Positions 20,965-30,380 of a stretch of DNA of 64,000 nt are shown one piece after another. Each line of letters begins with the position of its first letter. The first letter of the stretch is position 1. The stretch lies in assembly GCA_965223795.1 (NCBI GenBank), contig CBDCXL010000002.1:2720001-2784000 (forward strand), written 5' to 3'. The notes beneath the pieces were generated by a model. The model had not been told where the DNA came from. It saw only the letters and a program-made list of their open reading frames with translations, and did not search any database. A program made the translations under genes and the position numbers. This DNA comes from Nitrospinales bacterium. GTDB taxonomy: Bacteria; Nitrospinota; Nitrospinia; Nitrospinales; VA-1.

Positions 20965-23900
20965 ATGACAGCAAAAAGGGTTACTGCCCCACTCGTTTTC
21001 ATCTTCCTGCCGATATTCTGGATCCTGGCCGTGATTCCGGCTGCCGCCGCCGTCCGCTTCAACGTTCCGGTACAGGTAACGACCAATCCGGGAGAGGATT
21101 TCGCCGCGACCCTGTCGCCGGACGGGAAATCGATGGTTTACGTTTCCGACCGCTCCGGCAATCTGGATCTCTGGCTCAAGCGCCTGGGAAAAGGCATCCA
21201 GCCTCCGGACGAGCCGCTCACCAACCACAGCGCCGAAGACAACGCGCCCCGCTTTCACAAGAGCGGCCGCAAGCTGGTGTTCGTGTCGCACCGGTCGGAC
21301 CCCAAGGGGGATCTGTACATCCTCGACCTGGACAGCAAAAACGCGGAAACCGGGGAATACGCGCTAACGCGTCTGACTCAGGACGATCTGCCGGAACTGG
21401 ACCCGGCCTGGTCCGCGGACGGCAAGGCGCTGTACTTCACATCGATTGCAGGCAAGTTCCGCGAGCAGGCGATCTTTAAAATCGACATTGCTTCCGGCAC
21501 GAAAACCCGGGTGGTGGAATCCGGCGGCAATCCCGCGGTGTCCCCGGACGGCAAATACCTGGCCTACGTATCGCGCGACCGTGACGCCGATCTGTGGGTG
21601 CAGGAACTTGCGACGGGAAACAAGGTGCAGATCACCTCGGGCCCGGAGATCGAGGTGTCGCCTGAATGGTCCGCCGACGGGACGCGCATCTACTTCAACC
21701 GCTACGAGAACGACACCAACTACGACGGCGATCTCACGATCGACGACAACCCCAATATCTGGAGCGTGGCGTTCGCTGCGTTCAAAGGCGGCGTGCAGCG
21801 GCAGCTCACCGACAGTTCGACCTACGATCTTTTGCCGTCCGCGGCCGGCGACGGCAGGCTGTATTACACCTCCAACCGCAGGTCCGGCATCGACGTGTGG
21901 TCCATCCCGCCGGAGGGCATCTTCCCCAAAGCCAAAAACTACGGGCTCTCGCTGCAGGTGGCGGACGACAACTGCGGCGGCAACGAGAAATACTCCTATC
22001 CCTGCCTGCTGGCCTACCAGAACCTGATCCGCGAGTACGACGGCGAGGAAGGGCTGTCCCGCATCCGCTACCGGCTGGCGAAGGGCTACGCCGAATCCGG
22101 CTATCCGGAGGAAGCGGCGCAGTTTTTCACGCAGATCGTGGAAAAGCACCCGGAGCGGCCTGCCTATCAGGGGTTGTCGGAGATCGAGCTGTTGCTGCTC
22201 AGACTGGAGCGGGCGCGCGAGGAAGGCCCGACCGTGCACCGGGAAAAGGTCAAGGACGGGCTCGACACCCTCGATGCGATCGCCCGGCGCTACCAGGAGC
22301 ATCCGCAGGTGGTGGCGCGCGCGTATCTGGAATCGGGAAACCTGCATTTCATGCTTGAGGATCAGGCCAAGGCGCTGAGCTTCTACAAGAAGGTGATGCA
22401 GGAATACCCCAGCCAGCGCGTGCTGTCCGCGGCGGCGGCGTTTTCGCAGAGCCAGATCTATTCCCTCGTGGGCGATCAGGAACGGCTGGTGGGTTCCTAC
22501 GTGCAGGTGGTCGAAGACTATTACGATGTGGACCTGTGGTCGGACAGCGCGGTGGAGGAAATCCTGAGCCTGTTCGAAAAGCAGCCGACGCTGGAGAAGA
22601 AAGTTTCCAGCCTGCAGGCGCTGACCGCGAAATACAAGGACCTGCCGCGCCTGGGTGCTGCGGTGCAGAACAGAATCGGCCAGCTGTACCACGAAGCCAA
22701 CGAGAACCTGCTCGCCAAGGAAGCCTACCGCCGGACGCTTGAGAAATACCCCAAGGCCGACACGCAGACCTTCCGGGCGAAAATGGCGCTCGCCAACATC
22801 TATTCTGAAGAGGAGAATTTCGAGCAGAGCCTGAACGTCCTGAAGGAAATCTCCGACAACCCGGTTTTTGACGAGCAGGAACTGGAGCGGGCGCGTCAGG
22901 GATTCGTGCGCAAGACCCTGGAGAAGGGCACCTGGGAGCTGCGCGTGGGGGAGATCAAGCTGGCGCGCAAGACCTTCCGCCGCCTGATCGACACCAGCCC
23001 GGATACGGTCGAGGCGCACCGCGGCTACCTGCAGGCCAGCGCCATCCTCAAGGAAGTGGCGAAGACCATTCCTTATTATGAAAAGCGCGTGGCGGCGCGG
23101 CCCGATTCCGCGACCGATCATTACGCCCTCGGGCTGGCGGTGACCTATCTCGATCCGCCGGATCTGGACCGCGCCGAAAAGGAGATCGGCGTCGCGCTCG
23201 GCCTCGATTCGCAGCAGGTGTTCTTTCACCAGACGCTGGGATGGATCTACGAGCAGAAAGAGCGCAGCAACCCCGGCAAGGATTATCTGGAACGGGCGCT
23301 GTACGAGTACCAGACCGCGCTGGCGCTGAACGACGCGTCGCGCAACGCGGAAAACGAGGCGGACCTGCTGCTCAATCTCGGCAACGGGCATTACCTGCTC
23401 AAGAATCACTACGCCGCCTACCAGTACTACGACAAGCGCAACGCCCGCACCGAACCGTTCTTCGATGAAAACCGCGAGGCTGTGTTCCGCCAGCGCTACG
23501 GCGAAAGCGCATTCCGGGCGGGCTTCCACGACGTGGCGCTTACCCAGTTGAAAAAGGCGCTGACGCTGGTTTCCAAAAAGAAGGATCTGAGCCGCATGGC
23601 CGAGCTCAACGACCGCATCGCGCTGGTCTACCAGGACCAGGGCGACCACGCGCCGGCGGTGGAGTATTTCTCCAAGACTTTGGAGCTCAATCGCGAGGCG
23701 GGCAACCAGGCTTCGCTCACCCGCTCGCTGAGAAACATCGCCAACAACCTCGTCATGCTGAACCAGTCGCAGGAAGAGCCGGACATCCCGTCCCTCAACC
23801 AGGCGCTCAACAATTATTTCCAGGCCATCGACAACCTGGAAAAGCACGGCGTGGTGCAGAAAGGCAAAGCCAAAAAGAAAAGTGGGCTGTTCGGCGTGGC

Positions 23901-26900
23901 GGTGGAGACCGGTCTGGACGCCGACGCCTCCTCGGCGGCGACCGGATTCGACAAGACCGGTGAGGAAAAACTCATCTTTCACTATATCGGCAAGATCTAC
24001 GGCGATTTCGGCGAATACGGCAAAGCCATCGAATACTTCGAGAAGAAGCTGGCGTTGATTCCCGAAAACCTCGATGTGCAGAAGAACATTCCCGTGTTGC
24101 TGGAAAAAGCGCTGCTGCAAAACCAGATCGGCAATTTTTATTACAAATCCGGTGACGCCGACGCCAGCCGGAAATATTTCAGGGACTCCTACGCGGTTTC
24201 CAAACAACTCAACAACAAGCACGGCATCGCGGTGAACGCGGCGAACATCGCCCGCACGGTGTTCAGCAAGAGCCAGACCACGCCACTGCCCGCGCTGCGC
24301 GGCGAGATCGAGGACACGGTGCGCCTGCTGGAGGAGGCCGCCGAAGCACTGGAACCCGTGGAGACGCTCACGCGCACGGAGGATCTCGCTTATCTGAAAA
24401 ACTATCTGGGCATCTTCACCCATGCTTTGGGGTACCGCCTGCCGGCGCCGGTCAAGGCCTCGATCGATCCCAGGCAGCCGGACGGCGGCCTGAAAGCGCA
24501 GCTCATCGCATCGACCGAGGGGCTCAAGCGGCAGGCGGATTATGTGAAGCGCTCGCAGGCCTATTTCAACGAAGCCGAGGCGCTGCTGGATAAAGCGGAA
24601 GGCGATCATCAGGAACTCAAGCGGGCGATCGCGCAGAATAAGCTGCTGGCCGAGAAGCTGACCGGCAGCGCGAAAAAAGCGCAGGCCGCCGCCGGGCCGC
24701 CGCCCTGGTACCTGGACTGGCGGTACCGGTATCAGGAATCGCTGGTGGCTCCGCCGAAAGAGCGGTTCCGCCTGTTGATGGAAGCGGAGTCTTTGTTGAG
24801 CGGCCTGCCGTACGGGCTGGTGGAGAACACTCCCTCGACGCTGATTCTCGTGGAGGATCTGTACCGCACGCTCACACAGTTTCTTTTCAACGCCGAGCGC
24901 TATGACGAAGCGCTGCACTATTCCGAGAAAGGCCGGCAGCAGCTCATCATTCTGCTGCGCCCGGAGGTGCAGCTAAACAACAACGAGGAGCGCCGCACGT
25001 TCTACGAAGACCTTTCAGCCTACGCGGAACGGCTGAAAGAGGCCAGGGGCGAGGACGCCGAAGAGGAGCGCGAAGCGATCATCGAGGAATACCGGGAGAT
25101 CCTGTCGATCCTGCAGGAGGAAGACCCGGCGCTGGCCGCGCTGTTCGCCCCGCACGTTCCGGATCTGACCGCGATTCAGGAGAACCTGAAACCGGGGCAG
25201 AGCATTGTGAAGTATCAAAAGCTGCCGGACGGAATCAGAGTATGGGACATCCGCCCCGCCGCCGTTCGCGGCGCGCGGCTGAATGCGGACGCGGATCTCA
25301 ACCGCATCATCGTCCGGCTGGCGCAGGAGCAGGCTCCGCTGCAGAACACGGACGTGAGCCGGCTGTCGCAGGCGCTGATCGCGCCGGTTTCCGCCTGGCT
25401 CAAGGACACGCGCTCGCTTTACCTCATCGCCGACGGGGCACTGGAGTTTCTGCCCTGGGCGGCGTTCAGCGCGAACGGACGCACGCTTGCGGAGTCGATG
25501 CCGGTGACGTTTCTGTCCTCACTGTCGCAGCTGGCGCTGGCGGAGCGGAAAAAGAACCTGTACAACTCGCGCTTCCTGGGAGTGAACGCTCCGGGCGCGC
25601 AGGCGTTCGCGCCGCAATACGCCACGGTCGTGAACCTCACCGGCGAGAAAGCCACGCGCGAGGAATTCCGTTCCCTGTGGGCGCATTACGGTGTCGTCCA
25701 CATTGAAGGCAAAACGCACCTCAACGCACGCCAGTTTTCCGGCTCCTATTTCAACCTGGACCCCAACCCCAGGCAGTTTCAGCGTGTGAGCCTGAAAGAG
25801 CTGTTCGGCGATGCGTTCGAGCCCAACTTCATCGCGCTGACCGACCTGGCCATGGAATTCAAGCCGGAGATTTCGCTCTCGCCCACGGCGCTGTTGATTC
25901 AGGGCCTCACTTTCAAAGGCTATCCGGGCATCCTGCTGCGCAGCGGCCCGAAGGACGCCGCCCTGCATGACACGCTGATGCGGCATTTCTATGAGGATTT
26001 CAGAAACGGCAATCCTTCCGAATCCCTGCGCAAGGCGCAGGTGGAGGCGGCCCGGCTGCATCCGGGGTCGCTGGCGTGGACCGGCTACCGATATTACGGG
26101 TTTTCCGGCATGGACCCCGAGGAGAAAAACCAGTTCGCCGAAACCCATTTCATGAAAAACGCCCAGGGGGGCGCGCGGGCGATTCTCGACAAGGACTGGC
26201 TGAGCGCCATCGACCGGCTGGAAAAATCACTGGCGCTTTTGGATTTTCTCAAGGACAAATCGCTCGCGCCGAAGATCTACAAATCGCTCGCCCAGGCGGC
26301 GTACAACATCGAGGATTATCCCAAGGCCATCGCGTACCAGAAAGACCTGCTGAAATTCGTTGAAAACAGCGAGGACCCGGAGGAACGGGCGGAAGCGCTC
26401 TACTTTCTGGGCATCCTGTATTCCAGGGCGGAGCAGTATCCGACGGCGGTGGACCATCTGCGGCAGGCACTCAAGATTTACGAGGAGAACGAGATCCTCG
26501 ACCGGCTGGCGGAAAATTACAGCACGCTGGGCATCGTCGAGGAGAACGCGCTCGATTACGATCAGGCGCTGGAAGCGTTCAACGCCTCGCTCAAGATCAA
26601 CGAAGAGATCGGCGAAGACCTCAACCGCGGCCGCGAGCTTCGGCGCATCGGCAGGATCTATTATCTGAGGCTCAACCAGTACGGCCAGGCGCTGCGCTAC
26701 TTCTCGGCGGCGTTCAAACTGTTCAAGGAGCTCGACCATGCGGAGCAGATGGTGGAGACGCTGCTGGAGCTGGGACTGGTCTCGGAAAAGCAGGGCGATT
26801 TCGCCAAGGCGCTGGAGTTTTACACGCAGGCGCAGGCAATGGCGACGAAGCACGATCTGAAGGGCGGGCTCTCGAAAGCGCTGCTCTATCAGGCGAACTC

Positions 26901-28986
26901 GTACTGGTTCCAGGGCGATTACCAGAAGGCGTTCCGCTTTCAGCGCGAATCGCTGGACATCGCCGAAGCCATCGAGGACGTCCGCCAGCAGGCGTTCATC
27001 CACAACACGCTGGGACTCATCCACTGGACGCTCAACGATTCCGAACGCGCTCTCAGAAGCCTCAACCGCAGCCTGGAGCTGGCGAAGCAGATCCATTCGC
27101 CGCTCGACATCGCCTCGGCCAACAACAACATCGGCCTGGTGCACCGCAAGGACAAGCGCTACGAGGAGTCGATTGAATTTTTCAACAGGGCGCTGGAACA
27201 GGACATCAAGCTCAAGTCCAAATGGGGGCAGGGCTACACGCACCGCAACCTGGGCATGAGCAAGATGCGGCTCAAACGGCTGGACGAGGCCGAGCCGCAC
27301 ATCGACAAGGCCATTGCGCTCAGCAGGGAGATCGGCAACCGCACCAACCTGGTGAAGTCCATGCTGGAGTCGGGGCACCTGGCACTGGAGAGAAACCAGT
27401 GCGAAAAGGCGGTGCCGATCTTTGAGGAAACCGGCACGCTGGCCGAAACGCTCAACATTCGCGAAGTGCTCTGGCGCGCGCTGCGCGGGCAGGGGGTCTG
27501 CCTGAAGCGCGCCAACCAGCGCGCCGAAGCGGTGGAGGTGTACAAGAAGGCGGTGGACGTGGTGGACAAGATGCGCGCCGCCATCAAGGTCGAGGAGTTT
27601 CAGAACGGCTTCCTCACGGACAAGCAGGATGTGTACAAGGAGTTGATCCTGCTGCTGCTGGATATGGGCAAGGCGGAGGCGGCGTTCAATTTCGCGGAGA
27701 AAGCGAAGGCGAGGAGCTTCATCGACCTTTTGGGCAACCAGAAGATCAGCCTCAAAAACGACGTCAGCCAGAAGCTGTACGACGCGCTCACCGAACAGAA
27801 AAAGACCATTCGCATGGTCGAGGACGCGCTGGGTGCGGCGCGCTCGCAGGCGGATGAAGAAAAAATGAAAACGCTGTCCGCCCGGCTGGTGTCGGCGCGC
27901 ACGGCCTATCAGGATCTGCTGATCCGGGCCAAGGAGCAAAGCCCGGAGATTTCCAGCTTCGTCACCGTGGAATCGATCACTCTCAAAGAGCTCGACGCCT
28001 ATATGGAAGAACCGATGGCGCTACTCGAATACCTGGTGACGGAAAACGAGCTGGTCATCTGGGTGGTGGTGAAGGGCGGCATCGATGTGGTGCGCGTGCC
28101 GGTGAAGGAAGCGGACATCAGCCGCGTGGTCAAGGATTACCGCAAGCGCATCCAGCAGCTCGCTCCGGTGGAGGATCAGCTGTCGCAGCTTTACAACTGG
28201 CTGATGCGTCCGGTGGAGAAGTTCACCTCACAGAAGCGCGTGCTGGCGATCGTTCCGCACAGCCACCTGCATTATGTGGCTTATGCGTCGCTGAAAGACG
28301 GGGAAAGCTATCTCATCGAAAAGCACCCGCTGTTCTACTCGCCCAGCGCGTCGGTGCTGCGCTACACCTTCAAGCGCAAGTTTGAAAAGAGCGCCCAGAT
28401 CAAGGTGCTGGCACTGGGCAACCCGGATCTCGGCGATTTCAACTACGATCTGCCGCTGGCGGAGATGGAGGCCAAATCCATCCGCTGGGAGTTTCCGCGC
28501 ATCGACATCCTGACGCGCGACAAGGCCACGGAAAGCTGGCTGCAGAAACACATCAGCGATTATCAGATCATCCACATCGCCTCGCACGGTGAGTTCGATC
28601 CGATCAACCCGCTGTTTTCCTCGCTGAAGCTGACGAAGGACAAATCCGAAGACGGCAACTTCGAGGTCAACGAGGTGTTTTCCCTGCAGATCAACGCCGA
28701 CATCGTGACGCTCAGCGCCTGCCAGACCGGGCTGGGAGAGATCACCGCCGGGGACGATCTGGTGGGGCTGAACCGGGCGTTCATCTACGCGGGCACGCAT
28801 TCGCTGTTGTCCTCGCTGTGGCGGGTGAGCGACATCTCGACGGCAGTGCTGATCAAGCATTTTTACCGCAACTATGTGCAGAACGACAAAGCCGAGAGCC
28901 TGCGCAAGGCGCAGCTGTTGGTCAAGAATCTCTATCCGCATCCCTCCTACTGGGCGGGCTTCAACCTGACAGGGGATTTCCGCTGA
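20965..28986 (+). CDS. Giant exported PD40 beta-propeller / TPR / tandem CHAT-domain protein (2673 aa)
   Basis: GGAGGAGG RBS; signal peptide ending AAAA; TolB-like SPDG/WSADG repeats; many TPRs; C-terminal CHAT with HIASHG and LSACQTG. Confidence 0.9.
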   Translation: MTAKRVTAPLVFIFLPIFWILAVIPAAAAVRFNVPVQVTTNPGEDFAATLSPDGKSMVYVSDRSGNLDLWLKRLGKGIQPPDEPLTNHSAEDNAPRFHKSGRKLVFVSHRSDPKGDLYILDLDSKNAETGEYALTRLTQDDLPELDPAWSADGKALYFTSIAGKFREQAIFKIDIASGTKTRVVESGGNPAVSPDGKYLAYVSRDRDADLWVQELATGNKVQITSGPEIEVSPEWSADGTRIYFNRYENDTNYDGDLTIDDNPNIWSVAFAAFKGGVQRQLTDSSTYDLLPSAAGDGRLYYTSNRRSGIDVWSIPPEGIFPKAKNYGLSLQVADDNCGGNEKYSYPCLLAYQNLIREYDGEEGLSRIRYRLAKGYAESGYPEEAAQFFTQIVEKHPERPAYQGLSEIELLLLRLERAREEGPTVHREKVKDGLDTLDAIARRYQEHPQVVARAYLESGNLHFMLEDQAKALSFYKKVMQEYPSQRVLSAAAAFSQSQIYSLVGDQERLVGSYVQVVEDYYDVDLWSDSAVEEILSLFEKQPTLEKKVSSLQALTAKYKDLPRLGAAVQNRIGQLYHEANENLLAKEAYRRTLEKYPKADTQTFRAKMALANIYSEEENFEQSLNVLKEISDNPVFDEQELERARQGFVRKTLEKGTWELRVGEIKLARKTFRRLIDTSPDTVEAHRGYLQASAILKEVAKTIPYYEKRVAARPDSATDHYALGLAVTYLDPPDLDRAEKEIGVALGLDSQQVFFHQTLGWIYEQKERSNPGKDYLERALYEYQTALALNDASRNAENEADLLLNLGNGHYLLKNHYAAYQYYDKRNARTEPFFDENREAVFRQRYGESAFRAGFHDVALTQLKKALTLVSKKKDLSRMAELNDRIALVYQDQGDHAPAVEYFSKTLELNREAGNQASLTRSLRNIANNLVMLNQSQEEPDIPSLNQALNNYFQAIDNLEKHGVVQKGKAKKKSGLFGVAVETGLDADASSAATGFDKTGEEKLIFHYIGKIYGDFGEYGKAIEYFEKKLALIPENLDVQKNIPVLLEKALLQNQIGNFYYKSGDADASRKYFRDSYAVSKQLNNKHGIAVNAANIARTVFSKSQTTPLPALRGEIEDTVRLLEEAAEALEPVETLTRTEDLAYLKNYLGIFTHALGYRLPAPVKASIDPRQPDGGLKAQLIASTEGLKRQADYVKRSQAYFNEAEALLDKAEGDHQELKRAIAQNKLLAEKLTGSAKKAQAAAGPPPWYLDWRYRYQESLVAPPKERFRLLMEAESLLSGLPYGLVENTPSTLILVEDLYRTLTQFLFNAERYDEALHYSEKGRQQLIILLRPEVQLNNNEERRTFYEDLSAYAERLKEARGEDAEEEREAIIEEYREILSILQEEDPALAALFAPHVPDLTAIQENLKPGQSIVKYQKLPDGIRVWDIRPAAVRGARLNADADLNRIIVRLAQEQAPLQNTDVSRLSQALIAPVSAWLKDTRSLYLIADGALEFLPWAAFSANGRTLAESMPVTFLSSLSQLALAERKKNLYNSRFLGVNAPGAQAFAPQYATVVNLTGEKATREEFRSLWAHYGVVHIEGKTHLNARQFSGSYFNLDPNPRQFQRVSLKELFGDAFEPNFIALTDLAMEFKPEISLSPTALLIQGLTFKGYPGILLRSGPKDAALHDTLMRHFYEDFRNGNPSESLRKAQVEAARLHPGSLAWTGYRYYGFSGMDPEEKNQFAETHFMKNAQGGARAILDKDWLSAIDRLEKSLALLDFLKDKSLAPKIYKSLAQAAYNIEDYPKAIAYQKDLLKFVENSEDPEERAEALYFLGILYSRAEQYPTAVDHLRQALKIYEENEILDRLAENYSTLGIVEENALDYDQALEAFNASLKINEEIGEDLNRGRELRRIGRIYYLRLNQYGQALRYFSAAFKLFKELDHAEQMVETLLELGLVSEKQGDFAKALEFYTQAQAMATKHDLKGGLSKALLYQANSYWFQGDYQKAFRFQRESLDIAEAIEDVRQQAFIHNTLGLIHWTLNDSERALRSLNRSLELAKQIHSPLDIASANNNIGLVHRKDKRYEESIEFFNRALEQDIKLKSKWGQGYTHRNLGMSKMRLKRLDEAEPHIDKAIALSREIGNRTNLVKSMLESGHLALERNQCEKAVPIFEETGTLAETLNIREVLWRALRGQGVCLKRANQRAEAVEVYKKAVDVVDKMRAAIKVEEFQNGFLTDKQDVYKELILLLLDMGKAEAAFNFAEKAKARSFIDLLGNQKISLKNDVSQKLYDALTEQKKTIRMVEDALGAARSQADEEKMKTLSARLVSARTAYQDLLIRAKEQSPEISSFVTVESITLKELDAYMEEPMALLEYLVTENELVIWVVVKGGIDVVRVPVKEADISRVVKDYRKRIQQLAPVEDQLSQLYNWLMRPVEKFTSQKRVLAIVPHSHLHYVAYASLKDGESYLIEKHPLFYSPSASVLRYTFKRKFEKSAQIKVLALGNPDLGDFNYDLPLAEMEAKSIRWEFPRIDILTRDKATESWLQKHISDYQIIHIASHGEFDPINPLFSSLKLTKDKSEDGNFEVNEVFSLQINADIVTLSACQTGLGEITAGDDLVGLNRAFIYAGTHSLLSSLWRVSDISTAVLIKHFYRNYVQNDKAESLRKAQLLVKNLYPHPSYWAGFNLTGDFR

Positions 28987-29000
28987 AAAAGAACCGGCCT

Positions 29001-29142
29001 CGCGCCAAGACGCGAAGAAAAGAATGGGACAGGATTAACGGGATAACAGCGGAAAAAAAGAAAAACTGCTTTAACCGCAAAGACGCAAAGTTCGCAAAGC
29101 CCCCCCCCTCACCTTAGTCCTCTCCCCCCGGAGGGGGGAGAG
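29001..29142. repeat. Composite intergenic repeat module, copy 1
   Basis: GACAGGATTAACGGGA (29028-29043) and TTTAACCGCAAAGACGCAAAG (29070-29090) are identical to 51816-51831 and 51870-51890; followed by a CCCCTCACC..CCTCTCCC..GGGAGAGG hairpin element. Confidence 0.8.
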
Positions 29143-29206
29143 GAAGTAAAAAAGATTTCAAATTCTTGAAGTGCATAAATCTTTTTTATTGCGCATTTGA
29201 GTATTG

Positions 29207-29700
29207 ATGATTCCCCAAATTTTCTGGATAGAAGATTTTAATCAGGCGCGGATAGGAACGATGGCACGTTCTCGTGGCGGCGATTGGCTTGACGATGAAA
29301 TGAAAGGTTTAAAGAAGGCGGGTGTATCGGTTGTCGCTTCCGGGCTGACTGATTCAGAAATGGTGGAACTGGATATACAGGATCAGCCGAAACTTTGCCT
29401 CAGACATGGAATCAAATTACTTCGTCATCCGATAGAAGACAGAAGGTTCCTGAATCATTGTCTGAATGGGCGAATTTTATCGAAGTTTTAAAATGCGAAG
29501 CAATGAATGGGAGAACGATCGTAGCTCATTGTCGAATGGGCATCGGCAGGGCATCGTTGATAGCAGTGTCCTTGATGATTTCTTATGGAATCGACTTAAA
29601 GACTGCGTTTGGTTGGGTTGAAAAAGCACGTGGTTGTCCGGTTCCAGACACGGACGAACAAAGAGAGTGGATTCGAATGTATGAAGACTCCGTCCGTTAA
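29207..29700 (+). pseudogene. Frameshifted protein-tyrosine / dual-specificity phosphatase (AT-rich)
   Basis: N-half MARSRGGDWLDDE...HPIEDR in one frame; C-half VPES...HCRMGIGRAS...VPDTDEQ in another; one base is missing at about 29444-29445. Confidence 0.78.
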
Positions 29701-30377
29701 CCCGCTTCGGTTCTGGTGGGAGAGTAGGCGGGGAACACCTGGCCCGCTTCCAAAAGCACCCAGCGTTCCGACGTGTCGCCGAGAACCAGGTCCATCGAGT
29801 CGTTGAGCCGCACCAGATTGATGACCGGTTCGGGCAGACGCAGCCGCACCAGGTCCTCGTCGCGCTGTCCCTTGAGCAGCGCGGTTTCCCGTTCGATCTT
29901 CTGCACGGTGAACACGTCGTTTAAGGTGTTGATGATTTCGGGCGGGTCGTCGAGGATGCGGCCGGATTCCTTGTCCAGAAGGTGGCTGAGCTTCAGGCAG
30001 CGCTCCTGCATGGCGCACAGTTCCTTGAACAGCACGGTGCGGTCGATGCCTGCCAAGCCGTGGGAGATGTTTTTCTTCTCCAGCCATTTGAACCAGGAAT
30101 ACACCTCGAACAGGACGTGGTTGACCTCTTCCTTTCGGGTCACGGAGTTGAACGGCAAAAAGCCGACGATGAACTGGCTGATGTGAAAACAGTCGATGTC
30201 CAGCGGCAGCGCGGTGAGGCGCTGCTTGCCTTCGGGGCCGTCGTGCTCCAGGCCCGATTCCACCAGGCTCGTGTGGAACAAGGACAGGCTGTGTCCCAGT
30301 TCAGGGTGGACGGACGCCGGGTCGTACTTGATTCCCGAGTTTTCAGCGTAGTCACGCAGCGTGTCGTATATAGCCAT
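29697..30377 (-). CDS. Hypothetical protein
   Basis: 226-aa ORF with host-like codon use, 3 nt downstream of the aminotransferase stop, with an AGAGG RBS. Confidence 0.75.
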   Translation of the reverse strand: MAIYDTLRDYAENSGIKYDPASVHPELGHSLSLFHTSLVESGLEHDGPEGKQRLTALPLDIDCFHISQFIVGFLPFNSVTRKEEVNHVLFEVYSWFKWLEKKNISHGLAGIDRTVLFKELCAMQERCLKLSHLLDKESGRILDDPPEIINTLNDVFTVQKIERETALLKGQRDEDLVRLRLPEPVINLVRLNDSMDLVLGDTSERWVLLEAGQVFPAYSPTRTEAG

Positions 30378-30380
30378 GAT

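Noticed and set aside
21364..24918. 1184-aa minus-strand ORF, and similar long antisense ORFs at 14317-15861, 19181-20746, 26227-27939, 32640-34547, 37437-39335, 48142-49515 and 59152-60444
   Set aside because: Each mirrors a well-supported gene on the other strand and has no motifs; such ORFs are expected from GC3-rich codon bias.
20965..28986. CHAT protein as part of a type III-E CRISPR (Craspase) or other defence locus
   Set aside because: No cas genes, array or Csx30-like neighbour; the protein has a signal peptide and host-like codon use.
29070..29099. CGCAAAG repeats as a CRISPR array
   Set aside because: The units are only 8-9 bp with no spacers; this is a short tandem repeat.
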